Positions 35,882-47,166 are shown, numbered from the stretch's first letter. The stretch is DNA of 64,000 nucleotides from Candidatus Saccharimonadota bacterium (GCA_017460065.1 JAFUBT010000003.1:7134-71133); one strand, 5' to 3'. The notes: generated by a model not told the origin, from the sequence alone. Made by a program: numbers and translations.

Positions 35882-36832
35882 ATGCAATCGAACAACTTTC
35901 TTCAACCCAACATCTACTACCAAGTCCAGCAGAGTAAACCGCCTGCAAAACCGAGAAGACGCCCCATTACCCCTATCATCATAATCATCGTACTTATGCT
36001 TGGCTTCATTGGCCTCGGCGGCTATATTCTAGTGGACAAGTTCTTCTCTACCGACGCCCCAGAAGAAGTTGTCAACGACCTTAGCGCCACCCCTGCCAAC
36101 CTCGCTCTCTCCACCGTGCAAATCCCCGCCAACGCCAGCGACGACGTCCTCAAAAACGTCCTCGCCGGCCGTAGCTTCTGGGCCGACGAGCTCGGCGATC
36201 AATACCTCACCTTCAAATCTGCCACTGAGTACACCCTCTCCTACTACCGCGATCCCAGTGACGCTGCAGATTATGCACAAAATCTACCCAGCGAACATAA
36301 CGGCACCTATACTGTCAAAGACCATACTATCAGCCTCAGCGGCGGCGAAACCTTCACCATCACCGGAGATTACCTCATCAAAGATACCAGCACACTCAGT
36401 GCTAACCAAGGTTCAGTCTATTTTGACGCCAACCAGCTACCACTTTTCAAGAAGAACCTCGTCAACGCCCTCAGCCGGCATCTGAAACAACTACAAGCAG
36501 ACAACTCTAGCCCCCTCCAAGTTCAAAAAGTCGCTCTTTCCGCCCATAGCTGCACTAATAACCCCGAACGTCAAAGCAAAGCCGATAACTTCATCTGCCG
36601 TGCCACCTACACCATCAACTTCAACGCTGCAGATATCGCGCAGCTCGCCCAAACCGGCACCAGCTTCGCTCAACTCTGTCCCCAACTTGCTGCCAGCTTC
36701 AACGCCGCCGACCGTCTACTCTCCTGCGCTTCATCGGACAGTCAACAAGCTCACCTCCAAAGCTGGAGCAACTTCATCATCCGCATCAAAAGCCCCACTG
36801 ACTACGAAATCACCGGCTCCTTCCGCGAATAA
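35882..36832 (+). CDS. hypothetical membrane-anchored protein
   Basis: 316 aa with a single TM helix (IIIIIVLMLGFIGLGGYILV). Confidence 0.5.
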   Translation: MQSNNFLQPNIYYQVQQSKPPAKPRRRPITPIIIIIVLMLGFIGLGGYILVDKFFSTDAPEEVVNDLSATPANLALSTVQIPANASDDVLKNVLAGRSFWADELGDQYLTFKSATEYTLSYYRDPSDAADYAQNLPSEHNGTYTVKDHTISLSGGETFTITGDYLIKDTSTLSANQGSVYFDANQLPLFKKNLVNALSRHLKQLQADNSSPLQVQKVALSAHSCTNNPERQSKADNFICRATYTINFNAADIAQLAQTGTSFAQLCPQLAASFNAADRLLSCASSDSQQAHLQSWSNFIIRIKSPTDYEITGSFRE

Positions 36833-36846
36833 CCCTCAGAAATACT

Positions 36847-37953
36847 CTATTCGCCGTTTTCGCCAGGAATCTCAGTTAATTCATTGTCGACGGTTTCTCC
36901 GCCATCCGCAGAATCTTCGAGATTGATATATTCTTTCACCTTGTCTTCGTCGCGAATCTTCTGTAAATCATCTGCTAACTTCGAGAAGCGAATCCAGATC
37001 GACTCATAACTCACCTTCCCCTCGCTGCGTGCGGTCAATTTTACAATGTAATAACCATCACCGTTCTTCGACACGAACACATCCGAAATATCGCCAATTT
37101 CTGCCAAAGCATAGGCTTGTGCTGCCCTACCACTGTCCAAATTATTCACACTCACCGCTGAGTCAGTTTTTTCATAACTAAAAATATTGCTATTGCTATA
37201 CTCTTGCACCAACGCTGCCATATCGCCATCGTTTTGCGCCAGTTTAGCCTTAATCTCGGCTGCCATATCTTTCGCTGCCGTATCCACTTCCTCGGCCACC
37301 TTTCGCTTGGCCAACGACAGGCTAATCAGGCGTCGGTAATTGCGCAGTGACAGACCAAAATTATCCTTCACAATCTCTTCGAACACCTCATCGCTGCGAC
37401 GTTCACCATTAATCGTCTTATGCTCTTCAATAAGCGCATCAATTTCTTCATCACTTACACTCAGCCCCAATTCATCCATCTTCGCCAACACATAGCTGTA
37501 GTCTTCGGCCTCGTTCATCGCTTGACGTTTGTAGTGGCTAATCTGACTCTTTGCATCTTCGGAATCGTCCAACTTACCGCTCTGATACTCAATCGAGCGA
37601 ATACTACTCCGGTATAGCATCAAATAATCGCTATAACGCACTTTATGCCCATCAATCTCGGCCACAGGCAAACCCAAAACACTCGTAAAACGATATGCCA
37701 CCTCGCTGGTTGTCTGGAAATGATACAACTGCAGATAGCCGACCGTCACAAAAGCCACCACGGCCACCACGGCAATCAGAATCGTGTTAATCACTAAGCG
37801 ATGCTTAGCATACTGGAACGGATAGCGATATTTTTTACCGTTCGCCAATACTTCTTCGCGACTTTCTTCAATATTCTTTTGCGTAACCGCCGGGCTCTTC
37901 TTGGCCTTTTCGTTTTTGTCGCGCTGCTTTAGTTTGTCTGCAATTTTCATCAC
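36847..37953 (-). CDS. membrane-anchored protein, possibly SurA/PpiD-like chaperone
   Basis: 368 aa with an N-terminal TM helix. Weak resemblance to the SurA N-terminal domain. The ATG overlaps the upstream TGA (ATGA). Confidence 0.35.
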   Translation of the reverse strand: MMKIADKLKQRDKNEKAKKSPAVTQKNIEESREEVLANGKKYRYPFQYAKHRLVINTILIAVVAVVAFVTVGYLQLYHFQTTSEVAYRFTSVLGLPVAEIDGHKVRYSDYLMLYRSSIRSIEYQSGKLDDSEDAKSQISHYKRQAMNEAEDYSYVLAKMDELGLSVSDEEIDALIEEHKTINGERRSDEVFEEIVKDNFGLSLRNYRRLISLSLAKRKVAEEVDTAAKDMAAEIKAKLAQNDGDMAALVQEYSNSNIFSYEKTDSAVSVNNLDSGRAAQAYALAEIGDISDVFVSKNGDGYYIVKLTARSEGKVSYESIWIRFSKLADDLQKIRDEDKVKEYINLEDSADGGETVDNELTEIPGENGE

Positions 37954-38435
37954 TCTTCTTCCCCACCTTCGCCATGCTTGGCATTCTGGATTTCATTATA
38001 CACGTTTTCCGGGTGGCTGACCATGCTCAAGCTCAGGTCTCCCACCCCCGTCTGAATCAAAATCGTACCATAATCAAACAGCGAACCAAACACCCCCATC
38101 ACCCCAAAAGAAATACTCTGGATATTATCCAATTCCAAGTCCACCACCGTCCGCTTAAACATCCCCTTTTGCCGCACCTGTCGAATCCGCTCATTCGTCA
38201 CCAAATAATAACTAAAATGCCACAACATATAGCTGTACAGATAACCCAACACCCCCAAGACAATACAGGCCACCCACAACCAAAACAACTGCGGGTCGTC
38301 CGGCATCAAAATCATTGGTAGGGCCCCACCCCCAATTAGCAATAGCATCACCAAGAAACCCCGAATCGTCGTCAGAATATGTCGCCGAAATACCAGTACA
38401 ACCTCTTCCCCCGTCCGCTGTCCTTCAAAGTCCAT
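37950..38435 (-). CDS. bacterial PH-domain (YdbS/YdbT-like) membrane protein
   Basis: Two TM helices followed by YLVTNERIRQVRQKGMFKRTVVDLELDNIQSI. Confidence 0.55.
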   Translation of the reverse strand: MDFEGQRTGEEVVLVFRRHILTTIRGFLVMLLLIGGGALPMILMPDDPQLFWLWVACIVLGVLGYLYSYMLWHFSYYLVTNERIRQVRQKGMFKRTVVDLELDNIQSISFGVMGVFGSLFDYGTILIQTGVGDLSLSMVSHPENVYNEIQNAKHGEGGEEE

Positions 38436-38545
38436 ATGCTTTTATCATATCACACCAGGCAAGTTGGACATCTTCTTCGTTTGACGCGCGGTTATCGACC
38501 GAGCGAGAACGAAAAAATGCCTAAATAGGCGATTATAGCGCAAAT

Positions 38546-38621
38546 TGGTGACCCGGGTGCGAGTCGAACGCACAACCTTCTCCTTAGGACGGAGCTGCTC
38601 TATCCATTGAGCTACCAGGCC
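38546..38621 (-). tRNA. tRNA-Arg(CCT), CCA encoded
   Basis: Minus strand GGCCTGGTAGCTCAATGGATAGAGCAGCTCCGTCCTAAGGAGAAGGTTGTGCGTTCGACTCGCACCCGGGTCACCA. Confidence 0.85.
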
Positions 38622-38643
38622 ACTATTCGTATTCTAGCACAAT

Positions 38644-39228
38644 CTAGCGCGTGAACTTCTCGTTCAAAGTACGATAAACCTGAATCTCCTCTGGCTTAAA
38701 CCAGTAGGACACCTCAGCCTCAGCCTCTTCGGGGTTACCACTGGCGTGAATCAGATTCGGCACCGCCTCTTCATGTGCGTCCGCATAGCCAAACGAAATG
38801 TGCGCATAATCCCCGCGAATCGTCCCCATATCTGCCGCCATTGGCTCGGTTGAACCAACCATTTTGCGTACCAGAGGCACCGCTTCAACGCCCTCTAATA
38901 CCATCGCAATGACTGGCCCAGAGGTCATAAACTTCAGGGTGATATCAAAGGTCTTCTGCCCACGGCGCGAAATCATCTTCGAAATCCCCTCGTAGTGCTG
39001 GTAATAATGATCCTTATCCGGGTTCACCATTTTGGCGCCCACAATCTTCAAGCCAATTCGCTCAAAACGGCTGAGGATTTCACCTACAATCCCCCGCTGC
39101 ACTGCATCTGGCTTAAACACAATCAAAGTCCTCTGCACCATACCGCTCGGATTATTCTCTTTCGTAAAACCAATGTTCGCTGCCGTCACTTTGCTGGCGG
39201 TCTTTTTTGCGTCTTTTTTCTCTGACAT
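38644..39228 (-). CDS. ndk: nucleoside-diphosphate kinase with N-terminal extension
   Basis: RTLIVFKPDAVQRGIVGEILSRFERIGLKIVGAKM, GSTEP, IHASG. Confidence 0.85.
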   Translation of the reverse strand: MSEKKDAKKTASKVTAANIGFTKENNPSGMVQRTLIVFKPDAVQRGIVGEILSRFERIGLKIVGAKMVNPDKDHYYQHYEGISKMISRRGQKTFDITLKFMTSGPVIAMVLEGVEAVPLVRKMVGSTEPMAADMGTIRGDYAHISFGYADAHEEAVPNLIHASGNPEEAEAEVSYWFKPEEIQVYRTLNEKFTR

Positions 39229-39282
39229 CCCAATCTTCTCCTTTCCTCTACTCTATACCATCCCCATCAAAAGCGCAAAAAC

Positions 39283-40209
39283 CTACTTTATCTCTGTGTC
39301 ACTATGAAACCGCTCGTGCACTTCACGCAAATGCGGATCTGTCACGTGCGTATAAATCTGCGTCGTTGAAATATTCGAATGCCCCAACATCGACTGTACC
39401 GAGCGCAAATCCGCCCCATTCATCAACAAATCCGTCGCAAAGGAGTGCCGCAAGGTGTGTGGCGTTACGTGCTTAGTAATCCCTGCCAAACGCACGTATT
39501 TATCCACGATGCGCTGTACACTACGCGACGTCAAACGCCGATCATCTTTCTTGTTCTCGGCCTCCGGACGATTCCGCGAATTATTCAAAAACAAGGCCGG
39601 CAACTTATCACGCCGCTCAGCCAAATAGTCTCGCAGGGCATCTGCCGCCTGCTCCGAAATAAACACCGGGCGGTCCTTCTGCCCCTTACCACGCACCATA
39701 AACTCCCGCCGCTCCAGATTAACATGCTGCCGGTCAAGGTTAATCAGCTCCGAAACACGCAGCCCCGACGAAAACAGCAACTCTAAGATCGCTCGGTCTC
39801 GCAAGCCCGCTTCATTATCCAACGGCACCTCAGATAACATCCGGTCAATCTCGTCCACATGCAAGAAAGTCACCTGCGGCCGATGCGTCTTCGGCAAATC
39901 TATCAACACCGGGTCCATCGACTTAATCCCCCGCTTCAACAGATACTTCAAAAAGCCCCGCAAGGCCACCAGATGGTAATTCTGCGTCGCCACCGACAAG
40001 CCTTTCTTGCGTTCCGTCACATAGCGATTCAGCCACAAGCGATATTGCCGCAGCCACTCTGGCGTAATCTCCGCTGGCTTCATTTCCTCGCCGCCAAACT
40101 CCGTCACGCGCGACAAATACAACTCATAGTTACGTGTCGTATAACGGCTGCGCCCGCTCTCAATCTCCAGCGATTGTAGGTATTCAATAATCAAATCACT
40201 GACAAACAT
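39283..40209 (-). CDS. xerC: tyrosine recombinase XerC/XerD family
   Basis: HTLRHSFATDLLMNGADLRSVQSMLGHSNISTTQIYTHV. Confidence 0.85.
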   Translation of the reverse strand: MFVSDLIIEYLQSLEIESGRSRYTTRNYELYLSRVTEFGGEEMKPAEITPEWLRQYRLWLNRYVTERKKGLSVATQNYHLVALRGFLKYLLKRGIKSMDPVLIDLPKTHRPQVTFLHVDEIDRMLSEVPLDNEAGLRDRAILELLFSSGLRVSELINLDRQHVNLERREFMVRGKGQKDRPVFISEQAADALRDYLAERRDKLPALFLNNSRNRPEAENKKDDRRLTSRSVQRIVDKYVRLAGITKHVTPHTLRHSFATDLLMNGADLRSVQSMLGHSNISTTQIYTHVTDPHLREVHERFHSDTEIK

Positions 40210-40212
40210 TTA

Positions 40213-41022
40213 TCAAAGCCCCGCCCCAATAAACTTCAACAACCACCCCTGGCAGAAAAACACTCCCAAGACTCCCGCCACCAAGAACGGCCCAAACGGA
40301 ATTTGCATATGCTTTGACCGTTTTAGCACAGCCACTGGCAACATCACCAGTGACCCCAATAAATTCGCCACAAACATTGCAAACATTGCCAACCAAAAAT
40401 TTCCCAACATCAACGCCAGCGGTACGCACAACATCCAGTCACCCCCGCCCACCAGCTTCTCACTACTCAACCGATACAACAGATAGTAAAACACCGGCAT
40501 AATTAGCACCGCCCCCACAAGATTCTGCCAATCCACCACTCCCGTCATCTGGAAGCTTTGCCACAAATTTAGCGCTAAAAACAAAATCCCCACACCCCAT
40601 GCCCCGTACAACAGTTTTACGGGCAACTCACGCCATTTTATGTCATAAACGCATAAAACCGCGAAAATCGTCGAAATCACCAAAAACAGCCCAAATTTGG
40701 CCATTTCCAGCCCATCTAACGCCGACAAGGCCTCAAACCACGGCCACAATGCATAACTGAGCGCAAAGACTAAAGCCGTTCCGATTTCCGTCAAAATTTC
40801 GGCACAACCAATCTTTTTGCCACATTTGCGGCATTTGCCCCGCAGAGCCAACCAGCTCACAATCGGGATATTGTCGTACCATTGAAGACGATATTTACAG
40901 TGCATACAATGCGACCACTTTGCCTTATCCCCCTGGCGCAAACGCCAAGCCTGACAACAAGCAAACGATCCCATCATCGCCCCCAGCACAAACAGTACTA
41001 TCATCACGCCTATGTTTACCAT
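40213..41022 (-). CDS. pilD: prepilin peptidase (A24 family)
   Basis: N-terminal Cys pairs (CMHCKYRL, CRKCGKKI), polytopic, with GGGDWML. Confidence 0.8.
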   Translation of the reverse strand: MVNIGVMIVLFVLGAMMGSFACCQAWRLRQGDKAKWSHCMHCKYRLQWYDNIPIVSWLALRGKCRKCGKKIGCAEILTEIGTALVFALSYALWPWFEALSALDGLEMAKFGLFLVISTIFAVLCVYDIKWRELPVKLLYGAWGVGILFLALNLWQSFQMTGVVDWQNLVGAVLIMPVFYYLLYRLSSEKLVGGGDWMLCVPLALMLGNFWLAMFAMFVANLLGSLVMLPVAVLKRSKHMQIPFGPFLVAGVLGVFFCQGWLLKFIGAGL

Positions 41023-41085
41023 ATCTCTATCTTAGCATAAAAAATAGAGCTCCCCCTACGGAGCTCTATTTTGAATCAGCCATGA

Positions 41086-41619
41086 TTAGTGATTGTCGTT
41101 ACACTGAATCGAGCCACCTTCATTCACGTAGAAGATTGCAACCTGCCGGCTACCAGTGCCAACCTTGTACTCACCTTCAGTCGAACAAGAAGCGTTCGTG
41201 TACACATGGAAGGTATGATCAACCGAAGTGAAGTTTGCTGTACCATCAGCAGTTACATCCGCTTCGTACTTCATCTTATAGGTTTCGCCATCTGGATCCT
41301 TAAACTGATCACTGCTGTCGCTACAGCTATATGAGATGCCATCGGTCTGCTGAGTACAAGTCTCGTCAATATATCTCTTCACGAAATTAGCATTGACACT
41401 CATGCTACTCTTTTCAAACGGCGTCTGGCCACTGTTGTTGCTTTGATACGAATTCACGGCCGTCAACACGCGCGACAAATCGTCACCACGCTGCGTATTG
41501 CGCTGGCTTCGTTGTAGGGCTGGGAGCGCGATGAAGACCATCAGGAAGATCAGGCCAGCAATAGCGAGGACCAACACGACCTCGATGATTGTAAAGCCTT
41601 TTTTGGATTTGCTAGACAT
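41086..41619 (-). CDS. type IV pilin (prepilin-type N-terminal cleavage/methylation domain)
   Basis: MSSKSKKGFTIIEVVLVLAIAGLIFLMVF. Confidence 0.85.
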   Translation of the reverse strand: MSSKSKKGFTIIEVVLVLAIAGLIFLMVFIALPALQRSQRNTQRGDDLSRVLTAVNSYQSNNSGQTPFEKSSMSVNANFVKRYIDETCTQQTDGISYSCSDSSDQFKDPDGETYKMKYEADVTADGTANFTSVDHTFHVYTNASCSTEGEYKVGTGSRQVAIFYVNEGGSIQCNDNH

Positions 41620-41784
41620 TTTTACTCCTTTTTTATTTTTGCAATTAGCAATCGCCTACCGTGGCAGTTAGATGCCTTCTAACTATATTGCCGATTGCAA
41701 AATTTTTCCTAAGCTCAGTATATAACATGCTTATGTTAAAATTCAAGCATTTTGCAAGCTTTTCTCAAAAATCCGTCTTTTACC

Positions 41785-42987
41785 CTAGCTAATCTTGCCG
41801 ACCAAGGAGTAAATCGGCAGCAACACGCCAGCCACCAACAGTGCCGCCACGCCACCTAGCATCAAAAGCATAATTGGCTCAATCATTGTCGTGATTGCAT
41901 TCACCTTCTCGTCCAATTCATCCTCATAGACCTGCGCGGCCTTACCCAGCATCTCGTCCATCTTACCAGATTCCTCACCAATGGCCGCCATATTCGGCAC
42001 CAGCGGCAAAATGTAATCTTTATCTTTCAGCGACACTGACAATGCCTTACCACCCTGCACCATCGTCGCCGCTTCCTCAATCACATCTTGCACTACAACG
42101 TTATCAGTCGCTTCACCGGCAATCTTCACCGAATCCAGCATCGACACGCCCGTCGACAACAAAATCTGTGCAATCCGCGCAAAGCGCCCGTTGTACATTA
42201 ACCAGAACAAATCCTTAAACATCGGGATATTCAGCTTGATATTGGCCGCCGCGCGAATCCCCGGCTCAGTCTTAAAGAATTGCCGCAAACCCACCCCAAT
42301 TGCAGCCACCATAATCAACACCAGATACCAGAAATTCATAATAAAATCTTTAATCCCCACCAAAGCCTTCGTCAAAGCTGGTAGGGTCTCGTTCATGCTA
42401 ATATAGAGATTCTCCACCTCTGGCACCACTTCAACCATCATGTATACAAAGACCGCGATAATCACCAAAAGAGCAATAATCGGATACATCATCGCACCAC
42501 GAATCTTCTTCATGATTTTCTCGCTCTTTTCTTCCTGTTCGGCAATCCGGCGCAAACTGTCATCCAAAGTACCAGACACCTCACCCGCACGAATCAAAGA
42601 CAAATACACATTATTAAACACCTCTGGATGTTTGCCAAACGCCTCACCCAAGGTTCGCCCCGCTTCCACATCGGCATTAATCTGTTCAATGACCGCTTTC
42701 ATGCCCTTTGACTCGGTCTGTTCGGCCACCGTGCGCAACGATTGCGCCACCGGCAAACCCGCCCCAATCAAAGTCGAAAACTGCCTCGTGAAGGTAATTC
42801 GGTCGTTCGCCGCAATCCGCGTCTGCGCTTTGTCGAACAGCCCCGTACCTTCCTCGCGCACGCTGTCAGGAATATAACCACGGTCCAACAATAACTTACC
42901 CGCAGTCCGTTCATTCTCGGCCTGAATTGTACCCTTGATTACTTTACCGGTACTCTGCTCTTTTGCTCGGTAGGTAAAGCGTTTCAT
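41785..42987 (-). CDS. pilC: type IV pilus platform protein (GspF/PilC family)
   Basis: 400 aa with two GspF repeats and three TM helices. Confidence 0.85.
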   Translation of the reverse strand: MKRFTYRAKEQSTGKVIKGTIQAENERTAGKLLLDRGYIPDSVREEGTGLFDKAQTRIAANDRITFTRQFSTLIGAGLPVAQSLRTVAEQTESKGMKAVIEQINADVEAGRTLGEAFGKHPEVFNNVYLSLIRAGEVSGTLDDSLRRIAEQEEKSEKIMKKIRGAMMYPIIALLVIIAVFVYMMVEVVPEVENLYISMNETLPALTKALVGIKDFIMNFWYLVLIMVAAIGVGLRQFFKTEPGIRAAANIKLNIPMFKDLFWLMYNGRFARIAQILLSTGVSMLDSVKIAGEATDNVVVQDVIEEAATMVQGGKALSVSLKDKDYILPLVPNMAAIGEESGKMDEMLGKAAQVYEDELDEKVNAITTMIEPIMLLMLGGVAALLVAGVLLPIYSLVGKIS

Positions 42988-44087
42988 CCGCGCGCCAGCC
43001 TTTCAAACTCTTGCAAATCCACTGCATACTCGCGTGCGTTATCATAAGTAATCACACCCGTTTGAATCAGTTTCACCAATGTGCGATCCATCGTCTGCAT
43101 CCCTTGGTCAGCTCCAGTCTGGATAATTGTGTCGAGTTGATGCGTCTTGCCTTCGCGAATTACCGAACGTACCGCCGGATTCGCAATCATCACCTCGGCC
43201 GCCACTACGCGACCACCACCAATTGCTGGTACCAAACGCTGCGCACAAATCGCCATCAAGATGTTCGACAACTGCGAGCGAATCTGCGGCTGCTGATGCG
43301 GTGGAAATACGTCAATCATCCGGTCGATACTCTGCGCCGCCGAGTTCGTGTGCAAAGTCGCAAACACCAAGTGTCCCGTCTCGGCAATCGTAATCGCCGC
43401 GGATATTGTCTCCAAATCGCGCATCTCGCCAATCAACACCACGTCGGGGTCTTCACGCAGCACCGAACGTAGTGCCGCCGAGAACGAATAAGTATCGTAA
43501 TGTACCTCACGCTGCACCACCACGCTACGGCGTGATTTATGCGTAAATTCAATCGGGTCCTCAATCGTAATGATGTGGCGAGCTTTTTCGCGGTTAATCT
43601 TGTCCACTAATGCCGCTAATGTGGTCGACTTACCCGAACCAGTCGGCCCGGTCACCAAGACTAAACCACGCGGATATTCGGCAAAACTTGTCACCACTGA
43701 CGGCATACCCAAATCGGCCACTGACTTAATTTCGTTCGGAATCAACCGAAAAGCTGCCGCCAAATTCCCCTTTTCATGGAAGGCATTTACCCGAAAACGC
43801 CCCAAATCACCAAACGAGAAGGAATAATCAAATTCTTTGTCTTTGAGCAGGATATTTTTCTGCTCTTCCTCCAACGTCGAAAACACTAAGCGTTCTACCG
43901 TCGCTTCATCCAGTGCTGTATAGCCGCCAATCGGCTGCAAAGCCCCGTCAATCCTTAAAATTGGCGGTAACGACGTCTGCAAATGCAAATCACTCGCCTT
44001 GGTTCGTACACATTCTTCCAGAAGATTTTCGATTCGGATACCGCTGTTCGGCGCCGCATTGGTCGTACCCTGCCCACTTTGTTCCAT
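42984..44087 (-). CDS. pilT: type IV pilus retraction ATPase PilT
   Basis: 367 aa with GPTGSGKSTTLAAL, IITIEDPIEF, DVVLIGEMRD. Confidence 0.85.
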   Translation of the reverse strand: MEQSGQGTTNAAPNSGIRIENLLEECVRTKASDLHLQTSLPPILRIDGALQPIGGYTALDEATVERLVFSTLEEEQKNILLKDKEFDYSFSFGDLGRFRVNAFHEKGNLAAAFRLIPNEIKSVADLGMPSVVTSFAEYPRGLVLVTGPTGSGKSTTLAALVDKINREKARHIITIEDPIEFTHKSRRSVVVQREVHYDTYSFSAALRSVLREDPDVVLIGEMRDLETISAAITIAETGHLVFATLHTNSAAQSIDRMIDVFPPHQQPQIRSQLSNILMAICAQRLVPAIGGGRVVAAEVMIANPAVRSVIREGKTHQLDTIIQTGADQGMQTMDRTLVKLIQTGVITYDNAREYAVDLQEFERLARG

Positions 44088-44131
44088 ACCACCATTGTAC
44101 TTATGTTTTTAACAAAAATCAAACGAATTGC

Positions 44132-45103
44132 TTATTTTAAGTACTCGTGCAATTTCTTCGTATCTTTGTTTTTGCGCAGCTTTGTCAAAGCCTTCGCCTC
44201 AATCTGCCGAATCCGCTCCCGCGTCACCGAAAACTCCGCCCCAACTTCCTCCAAGGTGTGACTCTTGCCACCACCAATGCCAAACCGCATCTTGATAATC
44301 TTCTGTTCACGATCAGTCAAAGTTGAAAGAATCGACGCAATCTGCTCCTTCAGTAGCTGATTGGCCGCCGAATCTTCTGGCGAAATCCGGTCCTCATCCT
44401 CGATAAAATCACCCAGCGACGAGTCATCATCCTCGCCGTCCCGCCCCACTGAAGCATCGAGCGATGCAATGTCCTGCTTAATCTTCATCACATACTCAAT
44501 CTTCTCTGGTTCCATGTCCATCGCCTCGGCGATTTCTTCCGTCGAAGGCTCACGGTTCAGCTCTTGCGTCAAACGTCGCTGCGTCCGCAGCACCTTATTA
44601 ATCGTTTCAACCATGTGCACTGGAATCCGAATCGTTCGCGCCTGGTCTGCAATCGCCCGCGTAATCGCCTGCCGAATCCACCACGTCGCATAGGTCGAGA
44701 ACTTGAAGCCCTTATCTGGGTCAAATTTCTCTACCGCCCGCAACAAACCGGTATTCCCCTCTTGAATCAAATCCAGAAAATCCAAACCTCGCCCCGAATA
44801 ACGCTTTGCAATTGAAACCACTAAGCGCATATTAGACTCCGCCATTTTGTCCTTGGCACGTTTCTGCTGTTTGGGTGTACCATGAATCACTTTCTGCGCT
44901 AAATCAAACTCTTCTTCGGCCGTCAAAAGCGGAATCTTACCAATCTCGCGCAAGTACAAACGCACTGAATCGTCTACAATTTCTTCGTAAGTTGAATTCG
45001 CATCCAGGGAGAGATCTTCTTCGTTCTCTTCCTCGGTCATATCGTCCGCAGTCGGCTCCTCAAAATCTGCCGCCGTCAACAAATCTTTCTCGTCTTCGTC
45101 CAT
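44132..45103 (-). CDS. rpoD: RNA polymerase sigma factor, primary sigma-70 type (short region 1)
   Basis: [50 protein letters not shown]. Confidence 0.9.
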   Translation of the reverse strand: MDEDEKDLLTAADFEEPTADDMTEEENEEDLSLDANSTYEEIVDDSVRLYLREIGKIPLLTAEEEFDLAQKVIHGTPKQQKRAKDKMAESNMRLVVSIAKRYSGRGLDFLDLIQEGNTGLLRAVEKFDPDKGFKFSTYATWWIRQAITRAIADQARTIRIPVHMVETINKVLRTQRRLTQELNREPSTEEIAEAMDMEPEKIEYVMKIKQDIASLDASVGRDGEDDDSSLGDFIEDEDRISPEDSAANQLLKEQIASILSTLTDREQKIIKMRFGIGGGKSHTLEEVGAEFSVTRERIRQIEAKALTKLRKNKDTKKLHEYLK

Positions 45104-45253
45104 TTATTTCCCAATTATTGCTTTAACTTATCTGTTTGTGTTTGCGTTTTTTGCCTTTTTGCATTGCTCTGGACGGACTATCAAAATAAGCCCAGCTTTC
45201 CAGCCATTAAGCCATATCTTACCACTCCCGCCCCCAAAATGTCTAGTTTTTAG

Positions 45254-46888
45254 CTATTTTTCACGAATTAGCTCATTCATCTCGGCCATTAGCTGATTCA
45301 ACAGTTCATCGTCATGGTTTTCTTCTGCCTCCCGAATCCGCACCGACAGCTCTTGCCGCCGCTGCGCCAGCCGCTCTTTCGTCACTGTTCGACACAGCAC
45401 TTCAGCCTCGCGCTGCTGCTCCTCGGCCGACCACGACGCGTATTGCTCTTCAAAAATCAGCTCCAATTCTGCCCGCTCCAAATCGCCCAGCACTAAGCCA
45501 TCTTCGACCTTCGCCTTCCCGCACGTTACCAAAGCCGCCAAATTCTTCTCTGCTCGACTTATCTCAGATGTTGTATTTTTCACAACAGCAGCCCCCTTCT
45601 TCAGTCTTTTTACTTCCTGCCGCACCTTTTTCGCTCGAAAGGCTTCTAACGAAATCCCCAAGCGCTTACTCACCATGCGTTCGTACTTCTCGCGCAGCAC
45701 TGTATCGCTTGCATCAATTCCGTCAATCAAGCGCTTTGCTTCCTTGGCGTACTCCTGGAAGCCCTTCTCGGTTTTCAAATTGTACTTCGCCTCGTACTGC
45801 TCCAAAATCCACTCCAAAGCTGGTCGGTAGCTCTGCACCGCCTCTTGCCACAACTTCGCATCTTTCTGAATCAATTCATCCGCATCTTTACAGCCATGGT
45901 AATCATCGATCACCGACAGATAAATCCCGAACTTCGACGCCATCGCAATCGCTCGCTCGGCCGCGCGCACCCCAGCTTCATCGCCGTCATAGGCCAGCCG
46001 AATATCATTCGTCATCCTACTAAAGGCCTTCAGGTGGTTCTCTGTCATCGCCGTACCGGCCGTCGCCACCGCCTCTCGCACACCAGCCTGATGCGACGAA
46101 ATCACGTCCATATTCCCCTCGACCACCACCACAAACTCCGACCGCCGAATTGCGTCTCGCGCCTGGCTCAAGCCAAAAATATGTCGCCCCTTGTTATACA
46201 ACATTGTCTCTGGCGTGTTTAAGTACTTCGGCGTGTCCTTTGCATTTGCATCCACAATCCTTCCCGTAAAGCCAATCACTCGCCCACCCTGGTCCATCAA
46301 CGGAATCATCATCCGCCCCTTAAACAAATCTCCGCCAAAGCGATTTACTAAGCCGGCATCCTCCAACTCTTGCGCCGAAAAACCCCGCTTTTTCAGAAAA
46401 TTTGTCAATGCATTTCCCGACATTGGCGCATAGCCAATCCGAAAATTCTCCACCGTCCCCCTGTTCAGATGTCGCTCGTAAAACACATATTTGCAGACCG
46501 CCTTATTCCGTACTAAACAAGTCTGAAAATATTTTGTAGCCAATTCCAAAGCCTCGTATAGTCGCCGTTTGCGCTCTGCTACCGCCTTGTCGTCACCGCT
46601 ATAGCGCTTCAACTCTACCCCCGCCTGCTGCGCTAACTTCTCCAAAGCCTCCCGAAAAGTAATCCCCTCCATTTCCATCACAAAACTAAAAATATCGCCG
46701 CCTTTATTGCTCGAGAAATCATGCCAAATCCCCTTTTCTGGCGACACCATAAAGCTCGGTGTCCGGTCCGTCCCCCACGGCGAATGCCCCTTCAAATTAC
46801 GCCCCGCCCGTTTCAGCTCAATATACTGCCCAATCACATCTTCGACCGCTAAGCGCTCCCGAATCTCCTCTTTAGCAGCATCATTCAT
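45254..46888 (-). CDS. dnaG: DNA primase
   Basis: Zinc-finger region (CPFHGEKTPSF-like: GHSPWGTDRTPSFMV) and TOPRIM VVVEGNMDVIS. Confidence 0.85.
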   Translation of the reverse strand: MNDAAKEEIRERLAVEDVIGQYIELKRAGRNLKGHSPWGTDRTPSFMVSPEKGIWHDFSSNKGGDIFSFVMEMEGITFREALEKLAQQAGVELKRYSGDDKAVAERKRRLYEALELATKYFQTCLVRNKAVCKYVFYERHLNRGTVENFRIGYAPMSGNALTNFLKKRGFSAQELEDAGLVNRFGGDLFKGRMMIPLMDQGGRVIGFTGRIVDANAKDTPKYLNTPETMLYNKGRHIFGLSQARDAIRRSEFVVVVEGNMDVISSHQAGVREAVATAGTAMTENHLKAFSRMTNDIRLAYDGDEAGVRAAERAIAMASKFGIYLSVIDDYHGCKDADELIQKDAKLWQEAVQSYRPALEWILEQYEAKYNLKTEKGFQEYAKEAKRLIDGIDASDTVLREKYERMVSKRLGISLEAFRAKKVRQEVKRLKKGAAVVKNTTSEISRAEKNLAALVTCGKAKVEDGLVLGDLERAELELIFEEQYASWSAEEQQREAEVLCRTVTKERLAQRRQELSVRIREAEENHDDELLNQLMAEMNELIREK

Positions 46889-46969
46889 ACCTTAATTATA
46901 CCATCAAGCTAACAGATACGCACCACCCAGTCCTAATACATCTCAGGCGATAACCGTCAATGTCCGTCC

Positions 46970-47075
46970 TAGCTACATAGACTTCTTGAGCCGCATCGAA
47001 ACGGCCCGTCGTTACGGGCGTTTCGTGCTTGGACTCGGCCGTAGCCTGCGTAAGCTCAAGAAGTCTACGTAGCTA
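46970..47075 (-). repeat. palindromic element, copy D (reverse orientation, diverged core)
   Basis: Arms tagctacatagacttcttgagc and gctcaagaagtctacgtagcta. The reverse-complemented core TTACGCAGGCTACGGCCGAGTCCAAGCACGAAACGCCCGTAACGACGGGCCGTTTCGATGCG aligns with copy A. Confidence 0.65.
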
Positions 47076-47166
47076 TATCTGCCAAATACCCCAATGCGCA
47101 ACAGCAACCGCGAATTACGGTGATGATAAGTACAGTATTAACGAGAACGTCGCAGGCTGCAGCGGC